Assembly (NCBI GenBank): GCA_965222225.1
Contig: CBDCTK010000002.1
Location: 1,120,001-1,184,000, forward strand
DNA: 64,000 nt
Source of the DNA: Candidatus Poribacteria bacterium
GTDB lineage: Bacteria; Poribacteria; WGA-4E; JAJDTR01
Reading direction: 5' to 3'
A program made the position numbers and the translations under genes. The notes below the pieces were generated by a model that ran no database searches, had not been told where the DNA came from, and saw only the letters and a program-made list of their open reading frames with translations. Within the stretch, counting starts at the first letter, position 1. The number at the start of each line of letters is the position of its first letter. Below are positions 31,047 through 40,314 of this stretch, one piece after another.

Positions 31047-31076
31047 TTGATACACTTCCTTCATCTCTGATATAGT
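31047..31076 (+). promoter_or_regulatory. Sigma70-type promoter toward the DUF2851 gene
   Basis: TTGATA-18 nt-TATAGT; the -35 box lies inside the duplicated 20-mer. Confidence 0.5.
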
Positions 31077-31361
31077 ATCATCATCATAGACGCTAGCGTC
31101 TGGCAACCGTCCTAGTTGGACACGAATACTAGCAATCGTTAATTCGGAGGAACGCTTGGATTCTGTAAATCCAAATCAAGAAAGCAAGTTGGCAGGCTTT
31201 CGGTAACGCTCTCCACGCTGATTTCGTTTCTTGCAATTCCCATCATTTTCTTAACGATGCTAGTTTTTATTTCTGTGACGCGCGAATTGCTTATAAGATG
31301 CTCGGCACTGAGTCCGATTGGAATTAGCGTGTGACAAAATTACGTCATACCTGCGGACAAG

Positions 31362-32795
31362 ATGATGACCAATCTAAAGAATATTAACGAAGATTTCGTT
31401 CAGAACATCTGGAATGATCAACGTTTTTTTGATATCGACCTCCGGGCGACAGATGGTAGGTCTATCAGCATATTGAAGGCTGGTATTTGGAATAGTGACG
31501 AAGGACCGGATTTTGTTCGCGCGGAAGTCATTATTGACGGACAACTTCAGGTTGGCGATATTGAGATTCACGTCAAATCGTCAGACTGGTATGCCCACGA
31601 GCATCATCTTAACCCGAGATACAATCGCGTTGTTCTGCATGTTGTCCACTGGGACGATGATTTGAACTTGCGCACACGTCTTCAGGACGGGCAAAGAATC
31701 CCAACCCTTGAACTCTTGAATCGGCTCAACACACCAATCGGAGATTTATTTGACGAAACAGAGGCGGCAAAAACGAGAACGGTCGACTTTTGCCGAGTGG
31801 CGGGGAAAATTCTCAAGATTGGACCGCTCAAATCAATCTTTGACGACCTAGGTCAGGAGCGGTTGATGGAGAAGGCCGACGCCATGAAGCATCTCCGCAT
31901 TCGGATGGACTTTGAACAATTGCTGTATGAGGGGATTATGGAAGCGTTGGGATACGCCAAGAATCGTGAACCCTTCCGGGAATTAGCCAGACGCGTTCCC
32001 TTTTCAGCACTTATCGGTAAGATTGATGAGGAGATTCAGGCCATCCTATTTGGAACGGCGGGACTGCTACCTTCGCAATCCCAACGTTCCACCGATCTGG
32101 ACAAATCCGACAGAATATTCATAAAGCGGCTAGAATCCCGCTGGAATGCATCCGAACAAGCGAGCATGCCAACCCGTATGGTTGCCGACCAATGGCAGTT
32201 TTCGAGAATACGTCCGGCGAACTTTCCAACTCGTCGGATTGCCGCTATTAGTCAGCTAATTGGAAACTGTCAAGAAAGCTTGATGATGGTCTACCTACCA
32301 ATTATTCTGCAATCGGCGGAGGCAGATAAAACAAGTTTGGGGAAGATTCGGCGACAGTTAGTGGAAAGATTAACACCCGTACCCAGCGGATATTGGACGG
32401 ATCATTGTAATTTTGGAAAACGGATTCCGCAAATCGGCGCAACTTTAATCGGAAAAAATCGCGCATTGGACATTATCGTCAACATATTACTGCCAATTGC
32501 GACAGTCTGGGCTGAGGAGTCACAAAGTACAACTTTGTACGAAGCGGTAATACGACTATACGGCAGTTGTCCGAAGTTGCAAGACAATCGCATCACTAAA
32601 CAAATCCAATCCCAAATTTTTAGCGACTTACAACCCTTTAACGTAATCTCGCCGAACTCAAAGATCCAGCAAGGTGCAATGTATCTTCACAATAACTTTT
32701 GCAGTAGCCGACTCTGCGATCTCTGCCCAATCATTAATGGCGGCGCCACCGAGGACTTGAGAGGAGAAACTGTCAAAGCGGCTGGCGTTAAATAA
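31362..32795 (+). CDS. DUF2851 family protein
   Basis: GIWNSDEGPDF, GDIEIH..SSDW..H.H, YNRVVLHVV, LGYAKNREPF, RPANFPTRRIA, C-terminal C....C..C. Confidence 0.88.
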   Translation: MMTNLKNINEDFVQNIWNDQRFFDIDLRATDGRSISILKAGIWNSDEGPDFVRAEVIIDGQLQVGDIEIHVKSSDWYAHEHHLNPRYNRVVLHVVHWDDDLNLRTRLQDGQRIPTLELLNRLNTPIGDLFDETEAAKTRTVDFCRVAGKILKIGPLKSIFDDLGQERLMEKADAMKHLRIRMDFEQLLYEGIMEALGYAKNREPFRELARRVPFSALIGKIDEEIQAILFGTAGLLPSQSQRSTDLDKSDRIFIKRLESRWNASEQASMPTRMVADQWQFSRIRPANFPTRRIAAISQLIGNCQESLMMVYLPIILQSAEADKTSLGKIRRQLVERLTPVPSGYWTDHCNFGKRIPQIGATLIGKNRALDIIVNILLPIATVWAEESQSTTLYEAVIRLYGSCPKLQDNRITKQIQSQIFSDLQPFNVISPNSKIQQGAMYLHNNFCSSRLCDLCPIINGGATEDLRGETVKAAGVK

Positions 32796-32830
32796 CTGGA
32801 ATCGAGAGTTATTTGAAACGCCATTGTAAC

Positions 32831-34600
32831 TCAAAGCAGTTCTTGGAGATATTGCACACGCGTGTGATGCCGCAACTTGCGAAGTGCTTCATCTTCGATC
32901 TGGCGCACCCTCTCGCGACTGATGCCAAGTTGTCGGCCAATTTCAGCCAAGGTATACTCTGTACCATCCGTCAATCCATACCGGAGTTTAATCACAAGGG
33001 TCTCACGCGGTGCCAATGTATTGAGCACTCTCTCAAGCGATTCCTTTTCCGAGACACAGAGTAGTTCCTCTTCCGGTGTCACCTGCGAATCATCTGCTAA
33101 CAGGTCCGAAACGGTCGCATCGGGTGACGCTTCACTCAATGGCGAATCCAGTGAAATTGTGCCTTTTGTGCTTTGTAAAATCTCAATTACGCGACTCTCA
33201 GGCATGTCGACTTTTTCGGCAATCTCCCTTATATCTGGTTCTCGCTCAAGATTTATTGCCAAGTTAGATTGCTCCTGTTTAATCGACCTCCAAGTTTCTC
33301 CTACGTAACATGGAATACGAATCGTTTGACTTTGCTGGTCAAGAGCGCGTTTGATTGCTTGCATCACCCACCATGTAGCATACGTACTGAAACGGTACCC
33401 TCTCTTCAAGTCGAATTTCTCGACAGCCTTCATTAGACCAATACTACCCTCTTGCATCAGATCGAGAAATGAGAGCGATGATTTGCTGAAATTGTGTTGT
33501 TTGGCAATGCTTGCAACGAGCAGCAAATTCGCTTCTACAATCTTCAACTCGGCGTCATGGACTTTCTGGGCAGCCGTTTGTAACTTACCCCACAATGCTT
33601 CAAGGTGCTCGCGTTCCTTAGCATGTACTCCTGCCGCTTGGGTACCCCGCGCATCCGGGCAGCGGTAAACTTCAATTGCTTGGCGAACCTCATCTAAGAT
33701 TGTGCCAAGATTCATTGGGCTCCACCACAATTCACTTCCTGATTGTTGTCTAGCCCCACGGCGTTTGTTTACCTTCGGACGTACCTCCGCCAGAATAGAT
33801 TCTGGAAGCTGATCTAACAACTCCGCCACTCCTGCCTTACCGTCTTCAAACTTTATGAAAAGATCTGCTTCTTCTTTAGGCTTAAGTAAGGGAGTACGAG
33901 CTATTTCTTGTAAATAAGAAAACGCTTCATCTCTTGTGCTGTCCGTACCATCTGGACGCTTCCGAAACGAGGAAATCAATTCATCCTCATTATCGTTGTC
34001 TGTATTACTATCTAAGCCGTCATTTGAGCCATCGGTTGGTGACACTGATAGAAAACCATCTTCCTCTTTCCCAGTTACGGGTCTATGGTTACTGACGGAA
34101 TTATTGTCAAAATCGGGACTGGGAGGCCCCGCAGTTGGCAACACAGCTAAAAAGTCCATGTCTTCTTTCTCATCCACGCCGTTGTTATCCCCAACTGAAC
34201 TATGGTCTAAACCTTCCTCAGAGGAAATCAATTCATCCTCATTATCGTTGTCTGTATTACCATCTAAGCCGTCATTTGAGCCATCGGTTGGTAACACTGA
34301 TAGAAAACCATCTTCCTCTTTCCCAGTTACGGGTCTATGGTTACTGACGGAATTATTGTCAAAATCGGGACTGGGAGGCCCCGCAGTTGGCAACACAGCT
34401 AAAAAGTCCATGTCTTCTTTCTCATCCACGCCGTTGTTATCCCCAACTGAACTATGGTCTAAACCTTCCTCACCTGATTCAGCAGTTGGCAACACAGCTA
34501 GGAAATCTGTGTCCTCCTTTTCATTCACGTCTAATGTTAGATCATGGTTGAACGAGTTATTGTTTATCATTCGCTCTACCAAGTTTTGTTTTGCTTTCAT
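32831..34600 (-). CDS. RpoD/SigA-like sigma70-family factor with a long acidic repetitive N-terminus
   Basis: Region 1.2 [49 protein letters not shown], region 4 [20 protein letters not shown]. Confidence 0.92.
   Translation of the reverse strand: MKAKQNLVERMINNNSFNHDLTLDVNEKEDTDFLAVLPTAESGEEGLDHSSVGDNNGVDEKEDMDFLAVLPTAGPPSPDFDNNSVSNHRPVTGKEEDGFLSVLPTDGSNDGLDGNTDNDNEDELISSEEGLDHSSVGDNNGVDEKEDMDFLAVLPTAGPPSPDFDNNSVSNHRPVTGKEEDGFLSVSPTDGSNDGLDSNTDNDNEDELISSFRKRPDGTDSTRDEAFSYLQEIARTPLLKPKEEADLFIKFEDGKAGVAELLDQLPESILAEVRPKVNKRRGARQQSGSELWWSPMNLGTILDEVRQAIEVYRCPDARGTQAAGVHAKEREHLEALWGKLQTAAQKVHDAELKIVEANLLLVASIAKQHNFSKSSLSFLDLMQEGSIGLMKAVEKFDLKRGYRFSTYATWWVMQAIKRALDQQSQTIRIPCYVGETWRSIKQEQSNLAINLEREPDIREIAEKVDMPESRVIEILQSTKGTISLDSPLSEASPDATVSDLLADDSQVTPEEELLCVSEKESLERVLNTLAPRETLVIKLRYGLTDGTEYTLAEIGRQLGISRERVRQIEDEALRKLRHHTRVQYLQELL
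33969..34472. repeat. Intragenic tandem duplication, 2 x 252 bp (84 aa)
   Basis: Copies 33969-34220 and 34221-34472; I see only two mismatches. Confidence 0.93.
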
Positions 34601-34969
34601 CGTTGATTCATTCCTATCCTCCGCTGTGCCGGAACTCCAATGTGGCTGAATTGTTGAAGATACCTCCGATTTTGTGATATACTGAATGCGTTATCTTCGT
34701 TCAATTTAACACTACACGTGCTATGTCCAATCTATTGACGCTAAAAACCTTCCCTTGGGGCCTCAACAAGCCATAAATTCCAAGGACGGCTCTAAATTTA
34801 TGTGGTCGCACCGGGTCATGATATGAGTGGCTACCTTCATATTTCATGGCTATCTTCACATACGTGGGAAGAAGCATGTTGCGTCTTCCATCGAACATCC
34901 GAAATACCGCGTCCTCCTTATGCTCTCCACGAATTAAATCCTTCCCATCCAAGACTTTGGGAGTAAAAA

Positions 34970-35545
34970 ATGAGTAAAATTAGCAAACCTGATGTAGTAA
35001 AACGCATAAGCGCTGGCGAATCCTTTGCTGGCGAAAATCTAGCGAATATTGATTTATCTGGCACACACTTGGTTGGAATCGATTTTCCGCGAGCAAATCT
35101 GAGCGGCGCGAGATTAAAAAACACCAATTTGACCGATGCTAACCTTAATGAAGCCGACCTTTCCGGCGCTGATTTGTCGGGCGCGGTGCTGCGAGGTGCT
35201 TATTTGATAGGTGCCAATTTAGCGAACACAAACATTGAAGGAACCAATCTCCAAGGAGCCTTTCTTGGTGGTAGTATCCTTGCGGGCACAAACTTTCGGA
35301 ATGCAGATCTACGTGGCGCAACCATTGGGTGTCCACACTGGGTCGCCTCAGATCAGTTTGGAAGATTAACGAGTTTTGAAAACGCCAATCTTGAAGAAAC
35401 AATCTTTGGAGAAACCAAACCGCAAGCGGTCGTCTTACTTGGGGCCAAGTTCACGGGCGCTTACTTGTATGAAGTAGATTTTTCAGAAGCGGTGTACAAG
35501 CGCTCTGACCTCAAAGACGCAATCATTAAAAAGGGGAGAAATTAA
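34970..35545 (+). CDS. Pentapeptide repeat protein
   Basis: A(D/N)Lxx repeats (ANLSG ARLKN TNLTD ANLNE ADLSG). Confidence 0.92.
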   Translation: MSKISKPDVVKRISAGESFAGENLANIDLSGTHLVGIDFPRANLSGARLKNTNLTDANLNEADLSGADLSGAVLRGAYLIGANLANTNIEGTNLQGAFLGGSILAGTNFRNADLRGATIGCPHWVASDQFGRLTSFENANLEETIFGETKPQAVVLLGAKFTGAYLYEVDFSEAVYKRSDLKDAIIKKGRN

Positions 35546-35693
35546 TTCCCTCAATGAGGCCTAAAAGATTGAATAGTCGTCAATTTTGTCCATCTCTATG
35601 ATTTGCTTCACATGAGACGGTGTTATTCAAGATGAAGTTTACACGATTTTCACTATTTGACTCAAATTCATTGCCCTCCACAGTTTCTAATTC

Positions 35694-37508
35694 TCATCGG
35701 AGTTGCAATCTGCATAAATTCTGGTACAGCCCTTCGCGTTTCAATAGTTCTTGATGCGTACCAATTTGCGCTACTTCCCCGTGGTCAAGCACAACTATTT
35801 TGTCCGCGTGAGAAACCGTCGAAAGCCGATGAGCAATGACAAAGCTTGTCCTTCCTTTCATTAACTTTGCAAGAGAATCTTGAACAAGGGCTTCCGATTT
35901 GCTGTCTAATGCAGATGTGGCCTCATCAAGAATGAGAATACGGGGGTTCTTGAGAATAGCCCGAGCAATTGAAACACGCTGCTGTTGCCCACCGGACAAT
36001 TTGAGGCCGGATTCACCTATAGATGTCTCATAACCGTTAGGCATCTGCATGACAAACTCGTGCGCATTTGCTTGTTGTGCAGCCTCAATCACCGCTTCGC
36101 GAGTCGCTTCCGGACAACCGTAACTAATATTATCCCTGACCGTACCATCAAATAAGATTGTATCCTGTGGAACAATCGCAATCTGGCGCCTGAGGGACCT
36201 AGCCGCCACCTCAGAAATGGGGTGACCATCAATCAGAATCTCTCCCGAATCAACCTCGTAAAACCTCGGCAGGAGATTAAGCAACGTGGTCTTTCCACTT
36301 CCACTTTCCCCCACCAAAGCAACAACTTCCCCCGGCTTGGCATGAATATTTATATCCTTGAGGACTACCTGCCGATCGTAACCAAAGAAAACATTGTAAA
36401 ACCGAACATCTCCCACCACGCCTGGAAGTAGCGCTTTCTTCGTATCCTTTGGCTCCTCTTCCTGAATATCTAATATGTAAAAAATTCGATCGGCCGATGC
36501 AAGACATTGCTGTAAGACGTTGTTAAACTGTCCGATAGTCTTTATCGGCTTAAACATAAAGCCAATCATGGCGTTGTATCCGATGAACCATCCGGTGGTC
36601 AACTGTCCTTGGATAACTTGCCAACAGCCAAACCCAAAAACTGCCCCAATACCAACCGCGCTGATTAACTCAATTAAAGGTGGTAGCATTGCCACAAGAC
36701 GAACACGTTTCATTGCTACACGGTATTGACGGTTGTTGGCCGTCGCAAAGCGTCGCCGTTCCAACTCCTCAGCAGTAAAACTCTTAATGATTTTGATGCC
36801 AGCGATAGTCTCCTTCAGCTGTGAAACGATGTCTGCGGTGCGCTGCTGAATTCCCGTGCTCACATGGCGCACCCGCTTCCCCACACGTGTAATAATGTAT
36901 GCCAAAAGTGGCAACACGAGCACAGCTAATACAGTTAACTCAAAATTTCTGACAAACAGTAAACAGACGAAGACAGGAACAGTGACAATTGCACGGATGG
37001 TAGGTGCTGTTGTTCCAACACCGTTAAGCCATGTTCGAGCATCGTCGGTGACTCGCGACATCAGATCACCTGACCGATGTTCCCTGAGCACACCTAAAGG
37101 AGCAAAAAGTATCTTCGCGTACAATTCGTTGCGAACTCGGACAAACAATTTATGTCCAACTCGCGACATAAGATAATCATTGCCAAACGTGAAAACCCCT
37201 TTGATGACCACCAGTATCAAAATGCTTGTGAGAACTAGACCCACAAGCTGAAGTGCGTCACGACTATCTACTAGGACAATTTCGGGGATTCCGCCAAAAA
37301 ATCCTTCGAAATAAAAGTAACGAACGACAATTGGCTCTCCGTTAAACCCCTTTGTTTTAATCAATACAAGGAGGTCTGTCGTCTCCGCCAGAATGTGAAA
37401 GTAACCGTATTCACAAATCGAGATTACAAACGCACAAACTACCGCAAATAAGATTTGTACAGTATACGGCGTCAAATACCGTACAAACCGTCCAAAAATC
37501 AGCATCAC
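35694..37508 (-). CDS. MsbA-like ABC exporter (fused permease/ATPase)
   Basis: TM domain plus GESGSGKT, LSGGQQQR, LDEATSALD, IAHRL. Confidence 0.93.
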   Translation of the reverse strand: MMLIFGRFVRYLTPYTVQILFAVVCAFVISICEYGYFHILAETTDLLVLIKTKGFNGEPIVVRYFYFEGFFGGIPEIVLVDSRDALQLVGLVLTSILILVVIKGVFTFGNDYLMSRVGHKLFVRVRNELYAKILFAPLGVLREHRSGDLMSRVTDDARTWLNGVGTTAPTIRAIVTVPVFVCLLFVRNFELTVLAVLVLPLLAYIITRVGKRVRHVSTGIQQRTADIVSQLKETIAGIKIIKSFTAEELERRRFATANNRQYRVAMKRVRLVAMLPPLIELISAVGIGAVFGFGCWQVIQGQLTTGWFIGYNAMIGFMFKPIKTIGQFNNVLQQCLASADRIFYILDIQEEEPKDTKKALLPGVVGDVRFYNVFFGYDRQVVLKDINIHAKPGEVVALVGESGSGKTTLLNLLPRFYEVDSGEILIDGHPISEVAARSLRRQIAIVPQDTILFDGTVRDNISYGCPEATREAVIEAAQQANAHEFVMQMPNGYETSIGESGLKLSGGQQQRVSIARAILKNPRILILDEATSALDSKSEALVQDSLAKLMKGRTSFVIAHRLSTVSHADKIVVLDHGEVAQIGTHQELLKREGLYQNLCRLQLR

Positions 37509-38227
37509 CCCGACTTCTCCGCAACTGTGATCATGCGCCTCGACTCCGTAGTAAAATCACTGCCATCATAATCGCCATAAGTGGCACGAATGCACAAACC
37601 AACGGTCTCCAACAACCTTTTCATTTCTGTGGGGAAGTAAAACCGCACGGTGTTGACCATCTTGCGAATCGTTTTTGCGGGCAATTCAATGATTGTACGA
37701 TAGTCGAACAAGCGACCTGATTGAGGCTCGTACTCCACTTCTGCCAAGGCTAAGGTTGAATCAGAGACCCACCACCAATTTCGAGTGTGGTCGAGCTGAG
37801 TTACCACGTATGGATTCCAGTAGTCAATGAGCAACTTACCACCTGGCTTAAGTACCGACGCGATTTCCGAAAGGACGTTTCTGTTGTCCGTTTCTTCAAA
37901 AAAGCCAAAGCTTGTGAATAGGCATATAACGGCATCACAATTCGGTTTCAGAGGAATATGGCGCATGTCCGCTTCAATGAGTTGAAGTCTTCGCCCATCC
38001 GAATGTGCATTGTTCTTTGCTTCATTGAGCAGAAATCGAGAATTATCCAACCCAATGACATTTCCACCCAAATTCGCCAGTTGTTCCCCATGCCGGCCCT
38101 GCCCGCAGCACAGATCCAAGACTCTCGACCCCGGTTGGAGATTTAACTCACTAAAGATAAAGTTTGCTTCTTCTTCCGTCTCGGCTTCCGATGGTAACTC
38201 CGAATGCAGGTAAGTTTCATCCCACAT
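37505..38227 (-). CDS. Class I SAM-dependent methyltransferase
   Basis: VLDLCCGQGRH, GLDNS, ADMR, FTSFGFF, LKPGG. Confidence 0.92.
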   Translation of the reverse strand: MWDETYLHSELPSEAETEEEANFIFSELNLQPGSRVLDLCCGQGRHGEQLANLGGNVIGLDNSRFLLNEAKNNAHSDGRRLQLIEADMRHIPLKPNCDAVICLFTSFGFFEETDNRNVLSEIASVLKPGGKLLIDYWNPYVVTQLDHTRNWWWVSDSTLALAEVEYEPQSGRLFDYRTIIELPAKTIRKMVNTVRFYFPTEMKRLLETVGLCIRATYGDYDGSDFTTESRRMITVAEKSG

Positions 38228-38286
38228 GACAGGTCCAATATGTTAATCTACGGCTGTAACAGTGACTGTTCTCTCCTCCATTAGAC

Positions 38287-39330
38287 TTATTCATGCTTAT
38301 ATTGTCCAAATTGCACAATCTTCGTTTCATCTGCCGCATCCGGCTTGCAGCATACCTTGAGATGATTTGCCTCGAAGTCTGCTGCTTTGATGATCGCAAC
38401 AGAAACTATCTTTCCTCGCGCATCAACTAAACCAGCAAAACGTCGCTCAAAATATTCCGGAGTTCTTGTAACCAAATTGGTTAGGCTCAACCGATTCTTT
38501 ATTTGCGAATGCGCATAATCAGTCAAAAGGTTTTGAGTTACAAGCGCGAGCGTTCGATACCCCCACTCTGCATAAAGGATTCGGTCATTAGCCAAGTCGG
38601 AAAGAATCTCCAACTCCTTTTCATTGGCACGTCTGCCAATGAAAAAAGGAATCATCTGCCCACAAAACTTCTCAAACGGGAGGCGTGCTTCGACTGTTTC
38701 GGAAAAATAACGATTCACGCGGGTCTCACGATATTTTCGTCGGAATTCGCTGTTTTTGGAAGTAGCCGCGCAATGAGGGGAGAGTTGATAAACCTTCATG
38801 CACTGGATGGCATCAAACCCGGCGACGATCGCATCCAACTCTCCTGAATGCTGGATACAGACTAGATAGCGAGGTTGAATTATCTCAATCTTGTGCCGTT
38901 TAAGCGCGACGGCCCCCATACCCTTGACATAGCCAGTTGTGTCAATCACAACAAAGTCCACGGCGGCTCTAAGCGCAGCATCCACCATTAATCGGATACC
39001 GGTGACACACCGCAGAAAATGTCTTTCGGGAGAAATCCAACCGACGAAGTACAGATCGTCGGCTTCCATATCATCCCAATCGGGGTTTCGGGACAAGATT
39101 GTGAGCCCAATCGTCGTCGGTGGTCCGATTTGCGATTGGCCTACGTCAGCATCAACCAAACCGACTCTCAAGCCTTGAGACACGCCCTGTTCAACAAGGA
39201 ATCGGCAGAACGTAGATTTGCCGGTGTCAGTTGACCCAACCACAAGTATAATCGCTTGTGGATGGATAATGCATCGCGCAATACGTTCCCAATTATGGTT
39301 CCCCTGATAATCACACTTCATACTCTCCAA
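38287..39330 (-). CDS. Clp1/Grc3-family polynucleotide 5'-hydroxyl kinase
   Basis: GSTDTGKST, DADVGQSQIGPPTTI, IDTTG, LKRHK, RRKYR lid. Confidence 0.87.
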   Translation of the reverse strand: MESMKCDYQGNHNWERIARCIIHPQAIILVVGSTDTGKSTFCRFLVEQGVSQGLRVGLVDADVGQSQIGPPTTIGLTILSRNPDWDDMEADDLYFVGWISPERHFLRCVTGIRLMVDAALRAAVDFVVIDTTGYVKGMGAVALKRHKIEIIQPRYLVCIQHSGELDAIVAGFDAIQCMKVYQLSPHCAATSKNSEFRRKYRETRVNRYFSETVEARLPFEKFCGQMIPFFIGRRANEKELEILSDLANDRILYAEWGYRTLALVTQNLLTDYAHSQIKNRLSLTNLVTRTPEYFERRFAGLVDARGKIVSVAIIKAADFEANHLKVCCKPDAADETKIVQFGQYKHE

Positions 39331-39414
39331 GATTGGGTCGAAACATGACCATTCGATTTGTAGCCGTACCCAGTGAGCTGTCGACTCAACTGATGCTTCC
39401 CTTCTCGTGCGACC

Positions 39415-40281
39415 CTATTCAACAAAACTTAACTGGTACCGAAATAAAACACCTGTGTCATCAAGAAAATTCTCTAACGTGCGTTTTCCGGCAAATCCTA
39501 TCAGCCGTTCCAGCAAAGTAGGCTCGTGTTTGACACGCGTTACCTTTGGCTTCCCTACAATGCCGGCAAGCTCTGCGGCATGAGCTACGGCGTCAGGAAG
39601 ATTACCTAGTTTGTCAACGAGCTTATATTCCAACGCTTGATTCCCCGAAAAGATACGTCCATCCGCTAACGCTTGCACCTCGTCACGTGTTAGTAGATCT
39701 TTTCGTTCGTCAAATATTGCTTCAACGAATTGATGGTGCACGTCGTCAATCGTTTCCTGTAGCAACTCCCTTTCTTCTGGTGTGAGATTTCGGATTGGTG
39801 AACCTGTGTCCTTGAATTGACCACTCTTTACAGTTTGCCGATCTATTCCCACCTTATCGTAAAGCCCCTTCATTTTCACGAACTGCATAATTACCCCTAT
39901 GCTCCCCGTCAGCGTTCCTGGATTTGCAAAGATTTGATCGGCGGCGCAAGCAATGTAGTATCCTCCGGATGCAGCTGTTCCCCCAAGTGACGCAACAACC
40001 GGTTTGTCTAATTTCTTCAGTTCGCTGTATATTTCTTGAACTGGTGCAACACTACCCCCTGGCGAGTCTATTCGCACAACTATCGCTTTAACACTTCCAT
40101 TGTCACGATATTGATGAATCAACTCAATGACCTTGTCCGACTTTGTAATCGTCCCGATGATATCGACAACCGCGACTTTTTCTCCAATAAATCCATCACC
40201 CACTAGTGCCCGTACAATAAACACTAGAATTAGCAAGACTGCGAGGGTGACGAGAAGTTTAATGAATCTCTTCCGCGTCAT
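39415..40281 (-). CDS. sppA: Signal peptide peptidase SppA, short (36K) type
   Basis: RIDSPGGS, AASGGYY, TGSIGV, KSGQFKD, ADGRIFSG. Confidence 0.93.
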   Translation of the reverse strand: MTRKRFIKLLVTLAVLLILVFIVRALVGDGFIGEKVAVVDIIGTITKSDKVIELIHQYRDNGSVKAIVVRIDSPGGSVAPVQEIYSELKKLDKPVVASLGGTAASGGYYIACAADQIFANPGTLTGSIGVIMQFVKMKGLYDKVGIDRQTVKSGQFKDTGSPIRNLTPEERELLQETIDDVHHQFVEAIFDERKDLLTRDEVQALADGRIFSGNQALEYKLVDKLGNLPDAVAHAAELAGIVGKPKVTRVKHEPTLLERLIGFAGKRTLENFLDDTGVLFRYQLSFVE

Positions 40282-40314
40282 GTAAATTTCGTTTCCTCAA
40301 TTCCACGTAATCAA

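Noticed and set aside
30737-31056. 20-bp direct repeats as a mini-CRISPR or prophage att pair
   Set aside because: Only two copies 280 bp apart, directly abutting inverted repeats, and no integrase; a target duplication fits better.
33969-34472. Possible CRISPR or non-coding repeat array
   Set aside because: Two 252-bp in-frame copies inside a CDS with no spacers; no cas genes in the window.
33936-34649. 237-aa plus-strand ORF
   Set aside because: Ser-rich antisense shadow of the repetitive sigma factor N-terminus.
3020-40281. Two sppA genes in one window
   Set aside because: Long and short SppA types commonly coexist; they are unlinked and not a recent duplication.
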